Shown here one piece after another: positions 53,796-63,600 of a DNA stretch of 64,000 bases. Source of the stretch: a virus; IMG/VR virus record IMGVR_UViG_3300015371_000021, positions 8,190 through 72,189 of that record. The stretch is one strand, 5' to 3'. A program made the position numbers and the translations under genes. Positions within the stretch are counted from its first letter, which is position 1, and each line of letters starts with the position of its first letter. Below the pieces are notes generated by a model that searched no databases, was not told the origin of the DNA, and saw only the letters and a program-made list of their open reading frames with translations.

Positions 53796-56105
53796 CTAAA
53801 TCCCCTCTCCGCCAAACGAGCGCCGCTGCCCGCCTTGGCCGCCGCCTTGCCCAGGGGGCAGCCGCTGCGCTGCCATCTGCTGGTCGTGCGCCATGCGGGT
53901 GTGCTCTAGCGCCTGGTTCGCCTGCATCTCCTGGGCATGCAGCTGGTGATCCATCTGCGCCTGCTGGACGTCGTGCACGTGCTGCCGCTCGGCGAGCTGC
54001 TGATCGTGCGCCAGCTTCAGCGTCTCGATCTGCATCTTCTGCGCGCCGAGGGCCATCTTGTTCTGCCGCTCCGCCGCATCGTTGGCCGCCTTACGTTGGC
54101 TATCGCGCTCACGCTGTTGCATGTCCGCCAGCTGCGACGCGGCCTTGCGCTGGCTGTCCTGGGTCTTCTGCTGGTTGGTCATCTCGGTCGTCTTGATCTT
54201 GGCTGCCGCCGCCGCCGCCCCGGGATCAGTCCCCGGTGCCTGTGGCGGCGGCTGTACCACGATCTTGTCGGCATCCGAGATACCGACCATCCGCATGATA
54301 CGCTTCAAGATATCGTCCATATCGAGACGCGGCATGAACTGCGGCATCGAACTCAGGGTCGCGAGCGCAGTGGCCAGCATAGTGCGATGCACCTGGGATG
54401 GCACGTTGGGATCGGACGCCGGCACCAGGTTCAGATTGGCGAACTCGGACGCTGCCGCCCAGGCTCGCTTAGGGTTGTCCAGCACCTCAGGAAACGACTT
54501 TGGGTCCTCCATAAACAGCTCGCGGAGCATTACCAGCTCCTGCCGCATCGCTTCGTGCAAGCGCTTATGGATCGCGCTCATCACCATGGTCTTTTCTTCG
54601 AGCATGGCCATAATCGTACCAACTGGAGTGTTGGCCCGCCCTTCACCAACCTCCAACTGGGCCGCCGCGCCAACACGCTGTGCCGCTTGTTGGATCAGCT
54701 CGTAAAACTGGATAGCGACCGGGGATAGGTCCTTATACGGCAGCGCCATCACCGCATCGCGCAGGTTGGTGATAGTGGCCGGAACCGCGACGTCGACGAA
54801 CTCGCCCGGCCCTGGATTTAGATCATTACGCTCGGTGCGAGCGTCCTTGATCTTCAGCCCGCCCGGAAACGTCGCGAACAGCATGCAATCGGTCAGCTGC
54901 CGCACGATACCGGTCAGTGTCGCGACGTTATTGCCCTGTAGGTGCAAAAAGCCATACGCCAGAAAGCCGAAGCCAGGTACCATTTGATAGTGAACGCAGC
55001 GGCGCTTACGGGCGAATTTTTTGTCACCCTGCTTCCAGAACCGCTCAATACGCAAAATCTCCCGGCTCGACCTTTCCAACGTCACCCGATAGGGCAACGG
55101 CAGGCCACGCTTGGCGCCCTTCTCACGCAGCCCATACATCGCTAGATCGAGGTCGGTCACCGTCGCATAGACCTCGAATGGCTGGTCCTGCGGGCGCTGC
55201 CCGTGCGGCGTGATGCCGGCTGTCTGGTCTAGCTTGGCCCTAGCCGGGTCGGTGGACGGCAATGGAATGCCCAGAGCGCAATCGCGCCACAACCCATAAT
55301 GCTGCCGCCGCCGCATCTCCACGGGAGAAACGATGCTGCGCATAGTCCAGCGCGTGGCGGTCTCCAGGCTAGTCGCTTCCTCGGAGACAATCAGGTCCTC
55401 GACCCCCACCGTATCGACCCGGGGCCGGCGCCTGACCGGACAGTGGTAGCCGTAGCGAAACAGATTCCCGCTATAAAACAGCGAAAACAGCCCCCGATCG
55501 AGATCAGGGACGTATTCCGGCATTCCTTGAGTGAGAGCCAGGTTGAAGTCCTGTTCGAAGTCGGCGGCCAGCTGGTCATCGGCTTCCGCCGACCCTGCCA
55601 CTTCCTGAACTTTAGCGGGGCCGCCAGCCGGCAGCAGCTCGCCACGCGCCTGTGCCTGCGCCTTGACCACCGACTCTAACATCGTCGTGTCTTTTAGCTG
55701 ACTGACCTTGCGGCCGGTCGTCGCGGCCTTGCTGTCGCCAGAGTGGCCGGGCCACTCAGTACTCAAACCCAGCGCGTCGATGCCGGCGCGGTAGTTGTCG
55801 ATGAACCCCTGCCGCGAGCGAATGTCGGTCTCGATGCCGTCGAGCAGATCGTGCGCGATCAGGGAAAGCGAGCCTTCCAGCTCCCGCCGCTCCGCCAGAT
55901 TCTCGTCGAACCCCATATCGCGCGCGGGGGCGTCGTCCGGCGCAACCTCGCGCACCTTGACGCTACCGTCGTCCCCGACCTCGACGATCGTGGAGCCTGG
56001 TGGCGGCTTATCCTCCGGTATCCACCCCGACCATGGCTCGACAGGCTCCCGCGGCGGAGGAGCCTGCCGAATAGTGCCGTCAAAAGCATTGTCTAACGGT
56101 GGCAT
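53796..56105 (-). CDS. Portal protein
   Basis: FDENLAE...ELLPAGGPAK...PGFGF..YGF..L...RQL.D...PGEFVDV...PVGT..A..E...SAIHKRLH; Q-rich barrel tail. Confidence 0.92.
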   Translation of the reverse strand: MPPLDNAFDGTIRQAPPPREPVEPWSGWIPEDKPPPGSTIVEVGDDGSVKVREVAPDDAPARDMGFDENLAERRELEGSLSLIAHDLLDGIETDIRSRQGFIDNYRAGIDALGLSTEWPGHSGDSKAATTGRKVSQLKDTTMLESVVKAQAQARGELLPAGGPAKVQEVAGSAEADDQLAADFEQDFNLALTQGMPEYVPDLDRGLFSLFYSGNLFRYGYHCPVRRRPRVDTVGVEDLIVSEEATSLETATRWTMRSIVSPVEMRRRQHYGLWRDCALGIPLPSTDPARAKLDQTAGITPHGQRPQDQPFEVYATVTDLDLAMYGLREKGAKRGLPLPYRVTLERSSREILRIERFWKQGDKKFARKRRCVHYQMVPGFGFLAYGFLHLQGNNVATLTGIVRQLTDCMLFATFPGGLKIKDARTERNDLNPGPGEFVDVAVPATITNLRDAVMALPYKDLSPVAIQFYELIQQAAQRVGAAAQLEVGEGRANTPVGTIMAMLEEKTMVMSAIHKRLHEAMRQELVMLRELFMEDPKSFPEVLDNPKRAWAAASEFANLNLVPASDPNVPSQVHRTMLATALATLSSMPQFMPRLDMDDILKRIMRMVGISDADKIVVQPPPQAPGTDPGAAAAAAKIKTTEMTNQQKTQDSQRKAASQLADMQQRERDSQRKAANDAAERQNKMALGAQKMQIETLKLAHDQQLAERQHVHDVQQAQMDHQLHAQEMQANQALEHTRMAHDQQMAAQRLPPGQGGGQGGQRRSFGGEGI

Positions 56106-56158
56106 TTGCGGTGCGGATCATTACTGATCCGGCCGCGTCGGCGCAATCGCCACAGTAT

Positions 56159-56503
56159 TTACGGCGTCGGTGCGGCCTTGGGCACCGCTGGGCCGAGGTT
56201 GATGGTCATCACTGAAGCCTGCTGTGTCGGATCGAGCGTAACCATGATATCCTCGGATACGCCTGTAATCGTTGACACGCCGGAGCCGAGATCGGCATCC
56301 GCCGAGACGGTGATGCGGGCCGGTCCGCCTGGAGCAACCGAGGCGACAACCGCACTCATGCCATCTGCGGCGGCGGTGACAGTAACGATAGTCGCGTCAG
56401 AAGTTGCCCATACCGGCACGCCATCGACCTGCGCAGGCTGACCGGCAGCGTTGGTGATGGCAAGCGTAGGATTGAACTGTTGGGCAGTCGTTAGATCAGC
56501 CAT
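56159..56503 (-). CDS. Ig-like (Big_2-type) protein
   Basis: PVWATSDATIVTV...G.A.ITVSAD. Confidence 0.7.
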   Translation of the reverse strand: MADLTTAQQFNPTLAITNAAGQPAQVDGVPVWATSDATIVTVTAAADGMSAVVASVAPGGPARITVSADADLGSGVSTITGVSEDIMVTLDPTQQASVMTINLGPAVPKAAPTP

Positions 56504-56534
56504 AGGTATGTTCCCTTTTCAGGATAGAAGCCCC

Positions 56535-56942
56535 TCATCCCGCAGGGGCGGCGGGTTTCGGCACTGGCTTGCCGAGGTCGATGGTCATCGCCGACGCTTC
56601 CTTCTGGAAAACGCCAAGCCCAGCCTCGATGTCGAACAGCTGGCCTTGCATTTCGGTATAGAGATCATCGGGCAGCGAGGCAGCAATCACTTCCGGATAG
56701 CCGTCATTCAGCAACGCGGCATGTGCCGAATTGCAGGCATCCATGGCATGAAGCTCGGCCTGGATGAGATCACGCCGATGCTTCAGGCGGTCACTTAGCT
56801 CAGTAACTTCCCGCTTCAACTCGGCAGTTATTGTATCGTTCTTCGTGTCATCAAGACCGCGGATTTGCGGCTGGATAAGCGCCAACGCCGCCTCCAACTC
56901 AGTGCGTCTGGCGGCATTGATGTCCTCGACCATCTCAGTCAC
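56535..56942 (-). CDS. Coiled-coil hypothetical protein
   Basis: 135 aa; C-terminus ASAMTIDLGKPVPKPA resembles ASVMTINLGPAVPKAA of the next gene. Confidence 0.65.
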   Translation of the reverse strand: MTEMVEDINAARRTELEAALALIQPQIRGLDDTKNDTITAELKREVTELSDRLKHRRDLIQAELHAMDACNSAHAALLNDGYPEVIAASLPDDLYTEMQGQLFDIEAGLGVFQKEASAMTIDLGKPVPKPAAPAG

Positions 56943-57123
56943 CTTCCTCGTAAATACGCCGGATGTTTAGCCCACCCGCCTCGCAATTGATCAGCAAGTC
57001 CGGATCGCACTGCAGGTGGTGGATCACCTGATAAAGTAACGCCACCAGGCCCGTCTTGCCGACGTAAGTCTCGACCGTAACGTCACGTTCATCTACTTCC
57101 ACAAATTCGACAACAAAGTCCAT
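56935..57123 (-). CDS. Hypothetical protein
   Basis: TAATG-coupled ORF. Confidence 0.55.
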   Translation of the reverse strand: MDFVVEFVEVDERDVTVETYVGKTGLVALLYQVIHHLQCDPDLLINCEAGGLNIRRIYEEGD

Positions 57124-57668
57124 TACCACAGCTCCCGCATTGCCCGCGCCGGATCGGCCGTAAACCAACTCAGCACCGAATGCCGGGCGCCCCCATCGAT
57201 CGGATAGACCTGGTGCTTGAACTCACGTCCCGAAGGAAACGCTAGCAGCATTCCAGGCGTCGGCACCATCTCGATGCCCAGCTCAGGAAAGGCGAACTCG
57301 CCACCTGTATAGTTATCATCGAGGTAAAGATTACAGGTGTGTGACCGCCACGGCGTATGGTTCGGGCTGCCGTCGTCGAGGCAGTTGTCGCAATGCGCCA
57401 CGTGACTGTCGCCAGTATAGTTGCTGGTCAGCACGCAGTATTCCATTCGCACCCAGTCCGCAAAATGCTCGCGCAACAACGCAGTAGCCTGCGTCTGGAA
57501 CTCGCGAATAATCGTCCGCCCCGCGGCCGGCATCTCCCATGCAGGTATCTCAACGCGATTCGCGGCTAAAGCACCGATGCGAAACTCCGCCGCCTGGCTC
57601 AACATATAGACCAAATCGACACACTTCTCCGGCGCGAGAAAGTTAGGGACTATCAGAATGCCGTTCAT
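57123..57668 (-). CDS. 2OG-Fe(II) oxygenase, prolyl-hydroxylase-like
   Basis: HCD...LYL..NYTGGEF.FP...P..GML..FPS...H.V..I..G.R.S...WF: complete HxD...H triad and RxS. Confidence 0.88.
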   Translation of the reverse strand: MNGILIVPNFLAPEKCVDLVYMLSQAAEFRIGALAANRVEIPAWEMPAAGRTIIREFQTQATALLREHFADWVRMEYCVLTSNYTGDSHVAHCDNCLDDGSPNHTPWRSHTCNLYLDDNYTGGEFAFPELGIEMVPTPGMLLAFPSGREFKHQVYPIDGGARHSVLSWFTADPARAMRELW

Positions 57669-57769
57669 GGCCTATTCACCCACCAATCCACCAGCCAGAC
57701 CACGACAAACACCACCGCGCCACACGCCACGGTCAGCAGAATCAGCGCACAAAGTTCGATCCAGGTCAT
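57665..57769 (-). CDS. Small TM peptide
   Basis: MTWIELCALILLTVACGAVVFVVVWLVDWWVNRP; ATGA-coupled on both sides. Confidence 0.55.
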   Translation of the reverse strand: MTWIELCALILLTVACGAVVFVVVWLVDWWVNRP

Positions 57770-59478
57770 ACACCGTATTGCTCGGCGATCGTCAGCTGCC
57801 GTCCGTGCCACACCTTGCGCCGGGCTTCCTCGCGATCGACTTCCTCCGCCAGCCGGATTAGCCCTGAGCGCCGCAGATACCCGAGCGCCCCCGATACCGT
57901 ATCGGTCAGGTCCTTCCACCGCCCCTTGGGAAACGCTGACGCCTCGGCGATCACCATCTCCGCCCATGTCGTGTCTGGCGCGTAGACCATGCCGTTCTCG
58001 AACAACACCGAAACCGCCCGTAGCCGCGCCACCTTGTCGCCGCGCACATCATCCAGCGCGATCGAGCACTCACCCGGCTCCATCAGGCGCAACAACTCCT
58101 GCTTGGCCCACTCGCCACCCGCCTTGTTCTCGATTACCACGACGTCCAACTGCCGCCGCCGCACGGTCTCCAGCATCTTCAGCGCCAGCCCGCGCAGGGT
58201 CGGGCGGTCGCGCCAGGCGCCAGTCATGGCGATCTTCGGCCGGTTCATGCTGTCGGCAAACACCCCCCAGGTGGTCATCGCGCACCAGGCGTTTTCCTTG
58301 TCATCCTGCGCAGAGAGCGCGGTATCGACGTAGCCGATCTGGTATTCCCACGCCGGCCACGCGGTCACGTAGGCCAGCCGGCCGTCCTCGCTCTTCGCCG
58401 GCCGCAGCCACTTCTCCTCTTCGTCATCCGGCGGCCAGCGCTGCCACCATTCGCTGCGTATGATACCGCCGCCACGTGGCGCCGGACGCTGCTGAAACTG
58501 CGCCGCCCAGGCGAACTCGCCCACCTGTTTCTGCTGCTTACCGCACCAGTCACTGTCAAACCGTACCGGCCATAGCGGCTCACCATCGTCGCGACGCCAG
58601 TCGGCGAACTTGTAACGGGTGCGCCCAAGCTCCTCACCCCAGGCGTTAATCCACCGCCCGCCGGACGCCGTCACGCAGCGCCGGTCAGCCTCGAACTCGC
58701 AGGGTAGGCAGAGGTGCACGATCTCGCCTCCCTCATTGTCCAACAAGAAACCCGCCAGGTCCGCCTCGCCCAGCCGCTGCATGATGATCACTTCGGCGCC
58801 CTGCGACGGGTCGTTCGATCGGGTGCGCCACACCTCATTGTAAGCTCTGACCTGGCTTTCGATTACCGCCTGGCTTTCCACCTGATCGGTCTTGTGCGGA
58901 TCATCCACAATGCGAATCAGCCCACCCTTACCCAGGCTTTCGGGGATACCAGTGCTGATGCGCGAACCACCCGCCTCGGTGTCGTACTGCCCAGCATTAT
59001 CGCGGTCGCCGCGGATGCGGCAGTGATCGCCCCAGCGATCCTGCCACCAGTTCGAGCCGATCAGACGGCGCGCAGTAACTGCATCCTCTTCGGCCTTCTT
59101 CGCGCCATAGCTCGCACACAGAAACCGCACCCCAGGCCCAACCAGCGGATTGTCTGGGTCGCGCTGCCGCGCCCAGGTCCAGGTCGGCCAGGCGATCGAC
59201 ACCGCACTCGTCTTACACATTCGCGGCGGGATGTTGATGATCAGCCGCCTAATTTCGCCGCGGCTGACCGCCTCCAGATGCTCGCAGATCGCCTCCAGAT
59301 GCTTCGAGCCACAAAACTCCGCTGGATCGAATTGCGGCCAGGCGCGCTGCAGATACGTGTAAAGCGAGGCTTCGCATTCACGCCGATCGCGCTCCAGATC
59401 GGCCCACTCTAAAGCGTCGATGGTCACCATCGGCGGAAGACCGATGTTTTCCAAAAAGTCTGCTAGCTCAGGAATCAT
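57766..59478 (-). CDS. terL: Terminase large subunit
   Basis: RRLIINIPPRMCKT (Walker A), IVDDPH (Walker B), IMQRL, QFQQRP, DTA, IENKAGG, DKVAR, FPKG..KDLTD. Confidence 0.95.
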   Translation of the reverse strand: MIPELADFLENIGLPPMVTIDALEWADLERDRRECEASLYTYLQRAWPQFDPAEFCGSKHLEAICEHLEAVSRGEIRRLIINIPPRMCKTSAVSIAWPTWTWARQRDPDNPLVGPGVRFLCASYGAKKAEEDAVTARRLIGSNWWQDRWGDHCRIRGDRDNAGQYDTEAGGSRISTGIPESLGKGGLIRIVDDPHKTDQVESQAVIESQVRAYNEVWRTRSNDPSQGAEVIIMQRLGEADLAGFLLDNEGGEIVHLCLPCEFEADRRCVTASGGRWINAWGEELGRTRYKFADWRRDDGEPLWPVRFDSDWCGKQQKQVGEFAWAAQFQQRPAPRGGGIIRSEWWQRWPPDDEEEKWLRPAKSEDGRLAYVTAWPAWEYQIGYVDTALSAQDDKENAWCAMTTWGVFADSMNRPKIAMTGAWRDRPTLRGLALKMLETVRRRQLDVVVIENKAGGEWAKQELLRLMEPGECSIALDDVRGDKVARLRAVSVLFENGMVYAPDTTWAEMVIAEASAFPKGRWKDLTDTVSGALGYLRRSGLIRLAEEVDREEARRKVWHGRQLTIAEQYGV

Positions 59479-60668
59479 CCAGTTAGGTTCTTTGAGCCGT
59501 CTTTCTGCCAAACATCGACCGAGTAGATTTGCAGCGGGTTTTTGCCTCCCGTTCCTAGGATCAACCGTGAATGCTGAATATCGATCACCGACATCCACGG
59601 GCATTGCGATGTATTTGGTGTGCTACCCCCTTTGTAGATATCCCACGTGTAGGTGGCACCGACCTGCTGCCGATCGAAGAAATTCTTAATGTAGCCCTTC
59701 GTGTTATTCGTCGCCGGCACCCACAGCCAGCCGTATTTGTGTCGCTGGCCCATGTTCGTGCCGGCCGGCAGATTACATTTGACGTTGACCCCCATATTGG
59801 CGTCGTTGAAGTCCTGACCGCCATACCAGTGATGTACCGCCGCGGCATACATCAGGTTTGAGTGGTCCATAAACTCGGACGCATCATACTCCAGGTTCTG
59901 ATTGTTGTTTAGCTGCGGCAGACCGTTATAACCGACGCTTTCAGCCGCATTCATCCACCACGCCGGCCAACCGGAATTGTCGTTTCCCCAGCCGGACGGC
60001 GGCGCATTCTCAATCAGCATGTCGACTTCAAAATACCCGCCGCCACCAAACGCGATGCCGGCAAAGCGACCATTGTCGCCGCCGTGATCGGTGCGCATGT
60101 GATCGTTGGCCGCATAGTTGCCATCGCCAGTAATGCGCACCCCGTAGCTGGTCTGCGTCACTCCCGAATGCGATATGAACCAGTTCTGCCCCAACGTCAC
60201 CGCTGGGCCAAAGGTACGCGTGTTGTAACCGACCGCGGCGGCCATCGACGGCGCGCCACTCGGCGGTGGTGCCGGTGGTGGCGCGACACCGGTCGGATCA
60301 GGACACGCCACCCAGTCGTCATCGCTATCGACCGGCCCGTCCTTCGGCGCATTCCACCAGTTCTTGTGCGCATTCTGCTGATAACATAAGCCACCTTTGG
60401 CGTAGAGCCGTTCGACCAGCGCGCCAGTGACCTTGCCGTCGCAATCGATCTTATAGCTACCCGCCGCCCCGACTAAACGGAACGTCCGATGCCGGCTATC
60501 TACCAGCGTCCCCGACGGATTGGTCACCTGCGTGCCGTCCGGCGATGGTGTCGCCGGCGGCGGTGGAGATGGGGGAGGTGGTGGCGCACCGTCAGCCACC
60601 ACAGTGCCACGCAACGTTTGTCCTGTGTTCAACGTGACGACGACGGTTCCAGTCAATGTTCCCGACAT
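59475..60668 (-). CDS. GH16-like protein with poly-Pro linkers and small accessory domain
   Basis: GGYFE...WPAWW...EYDASE...HKYGWLW; ExDxxE intact. Confidence 0.8.
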   Translation of the reverse strand: MSGTLTGTVVVTLNTGQTLRGTVVADGAPPPPPSPPPPATPSPDGTQVTNPSGTLVDSRHRTFRLVGAAGSYKIDCDGKVTGALVERLYAKGGLCYQQNAHKNWWNAPKDGPVDSDDDWVACPDPTGVAPPPAPPPSGAPSMAAAVGYNTRTFGPAVTLGQNWFISHSGVTQTSYGVRITGDGNYAANDHMRTDHGGDNGRFAGIAFGGGGYFEVDMLIENAPPSGWGNDNSGWPAWWMNAAESVGYNGLPQLNNNQNLEYDASEFMDHSNLMYAAAVHHWYGGQDFNDANMGVNVKCNLPAGTNMGQRHKYGWLWVPATNNTKGYIKNFFDRQQVGATYTWDIYKGGSTPNTSQCPWMSVIDIQHSRLILGTGGKNPLQIYSVDVWQKDGSKNLTG

Positions 60669-60679
60669 GAGTGTTCCCC

Positions 60680-63600
60680 TTATGGCGGCAGCGGTACGCC
60701 CACCCGAATGTTCGAGGCATCATTGCGCTGCCATACGGTGATTGTATATACAGTCAGCGCATTACCAGCGTTCGCCCCTATCAGCAGACGGCAATGCTGT
60801 AGATCGAAAATCGAAAACGGCGGACATCCGGCTTGTCCCGGCACCGTGCCGCCGCCATAGCGGTCCCAGGTATGCGTTCTCCCCACCTCGACGTTGTCAT
60901 AGAACAGCTTGGAATAGCCCTGAGTCGTCGCCGTCGCCGGCACCCACAACAGGCCGTACTTATGGCGCGCTCCAAATGTATTACTCCCTGGATTAGGCAC
61001 CGTAAGATTACCGTTCGGGAAACCGGCGGTCAGATCACTATAGTTGCCACCAGTGTACCAGTGGATAGGTCCGGTCGAAAACACGCTGTTCGACACCACC
61101 AGAAACTCAGCCATGTCGTATTCAAGATTCTGATTATTGGACAAGCTGGCGAGATTGTTATAGCCGACACTCTCCGCAGCATTCAGCCACCACGCTGGCC
61201 AACCAGGTCCGCCCTTACCAGACTCCGGCGGTGGATTGGCCATTGAAAAGTCAGCCTCAAAATACGCCCCGCCACCAAACGCCACGCCGCCGATATTACC
61301 ATTCGGCAACATATGATCACTCGCGATGTTCTCGTTGAAGTGATACACGTCCTGCGACAAGAATACTGAACCATCGCTGTTTTGACTCGCCGTCTGCTGC
61401 GACACGAACCAATTAGTACCCAATGTGATAGCCGGCCCATGTGTGCGCATGGTGTAGCCCACCGCAACCGCCTGCGGCGGTGCGCCACTCGACGGCGGGG
61501 GTGGCGGAGGCGTGGGCGGCGGTGCTGTCCCCAGATTCCCAGTCAAGATGACCACAGTTTCCGACGGCACTGAGATCGTCGCGAGCGAGGTCTGATTGCT
61601 GTTCGCCGGCACCGGTGAAGTAGGCGCGCCCGACGACGATTTACCAATCTCCCAGCGCGCCACCGTGCCAGAGAACCCCACACCACTTTGCGCCAGATTG
61701 ACCGTGCGATTGGTCGTCAGATTGTAGTTCACCAGCATGATCGCGCCAGTGTTCGTCGTCGGCTTCACCGCCACGATCGCCATGTCGGGGAACGTCGTCG
61801 ACGACGTAAACTCAGGCCCAAACACCGACTGGCCGGCCTTGCCAAGCACATAACCAAACGCACTGACCGCACTATTCGAGCCGCCCTGCGCAGGATTACC
61901 GACCGCCCCGATCACCCCCATGTTGTTGATGTTCTCAAGCGCCCCCACCTCGAACCCGGTGGTACCCTTAAAACATCCGAGCAAATACAAAGCGGCAAAC
62001 ACCCCGCCCATGTAATGCCCAGTCTCATTGGCGAACTCGCTCATATTCCAGTCGATGACACCCAGCGGAACGTTCGCCAACGGCGTCCCCACCAAAGCGT
62101 TGCGCTGCGTTGCCGACTTGCCAGAGTTGTAACCCTTCGGACCATAAGCAGTGGTCAAACTGTCGGCTATCGGCACGCCGACCGGCCCGTTAACCGGATT
62201 AACCGGAAAGTCCATCCACGGCACGCCGACATTAGGTGCCCGACCCGATCCAACCGCAGACGCGAAAGAGCTGTTAGCACCGAACCCCGGATTCCACTGC
62301 GCCGGTCCCCAAATCCGATAATTCGGATTGACCGCCTTGAGCGCATCGAAAATCGTATTGAAATAAGTATTGACCGTGCCCTGCGACTGGCCCTCGCCAT
62401 TACCGAGGCCACCGTCATCCATCCAGATCGAACCGATGGCAAAGTCCATAAACATCGCGCCGTAGCCATTATTATTCAGCCACGTCGCAAGGGTAGCGGC
62501 GCGTGATGCCAGCGTGCTCGCACTGCCGTCACCGATCTTATTGGCCACCCCCATGATTCCACGCACGCCAGGCTGCGAGAACCCGGCAATGAACGGCACC
62601 AGGTTGTTGATGTCGGTCATATCCCCAGCCGCAACCTTACGATCAAGCGCCCAATCTGAGTTGATCGAGATCAACGCCGGCTTAAGGAAGTTGTTTACCG
62701 TGGTGCGGAAAGTCGCGTTGGCAAAGTTCTGGCCAAAGATCGACGAACGAAAACCCCAGATCGTCTTTTGCAGCGTCTTGCCCGTACCCGTCGACCAGTC
62801 AACCGAGGCGTTCGCCCCAGGCGGCGGCGGGGGTGGGGTCGGAGGCGGCCCTGCCGGTGGGGGCGATGGCGGCGGTGGGGCAGGCCCCGTTCCGACAAAA
62901 AACACGTTCGAGGTCGCAGTAATCGCTGTGCGTGCCGCATCACGCACACTCACCACATACTGCCCCGCCGCCTGCGGTGGAGGCGGAGCAGGTGGAGGCG
63001 GCACCGGTACCGGCGGAGGCGGCGTCGGCGGAGGCGGCGTCGGTGGAGGCGGTGTCGGTGGTGGAGGTGTCGGTGGCGGCGGAGGCGAGCCGGGCGTAAA
63101 CGGCAGCACCGTATCAACGGTGCACTTATACAGATGCGCGTAGGCCGGCAAGCTAGACGGATTGGCGTTCGAGCTAAGCGGTCCATACCCCGTCTGACAC
63201 GCCGTCTTGTGATAAAATGGCCCCGCCCCCTGGAATTCACCACCAGGATTAGGAAAATCAACCACCAACGCTCGGTCGCGATAAAACTGCACACGCGACG
63301 ACGTCCAATTTACTCCCAACGTATGAATCTGTCGCGCATCATATCCGTCGTTCGACGTGATCTCGAAAGTCGCGCCGTTACCGGTGCACCCCTGCAGAGT
63401 GTGCTGCACCCCGGAACTGTCGGTCCAAATATAAAATAGAAATGCTTGCCACGATCGTCCTGCCGTCGGCGTCGTCAGTATCTGCACTTCCCAGATCAGC
63501 CCAGGCACCCGGTCGACCGCGACGGTAAACTCCCAATAGCCGTACTGCTGGGTAAAATTGCTCGGCGCGTTGAAGGTATCGATCAGACCCGACAGGAATT

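Noticed and set aside
59479-59604. Longer terL start given in the ORF track
   Set aside because: It overlaps the GH16 gene; the ATGA-coupled start at 59478 is more plausible.
16964-63439. Many long overlapping or antisense ORFs in the ORF track (e.g. 22876-23670, 53937-54728, 61688-62506, 62768-63439)
   Set aside because: Shadow frames of GC-rich genes, with Arg/Pro-biased composition, no RBS and no motifs.
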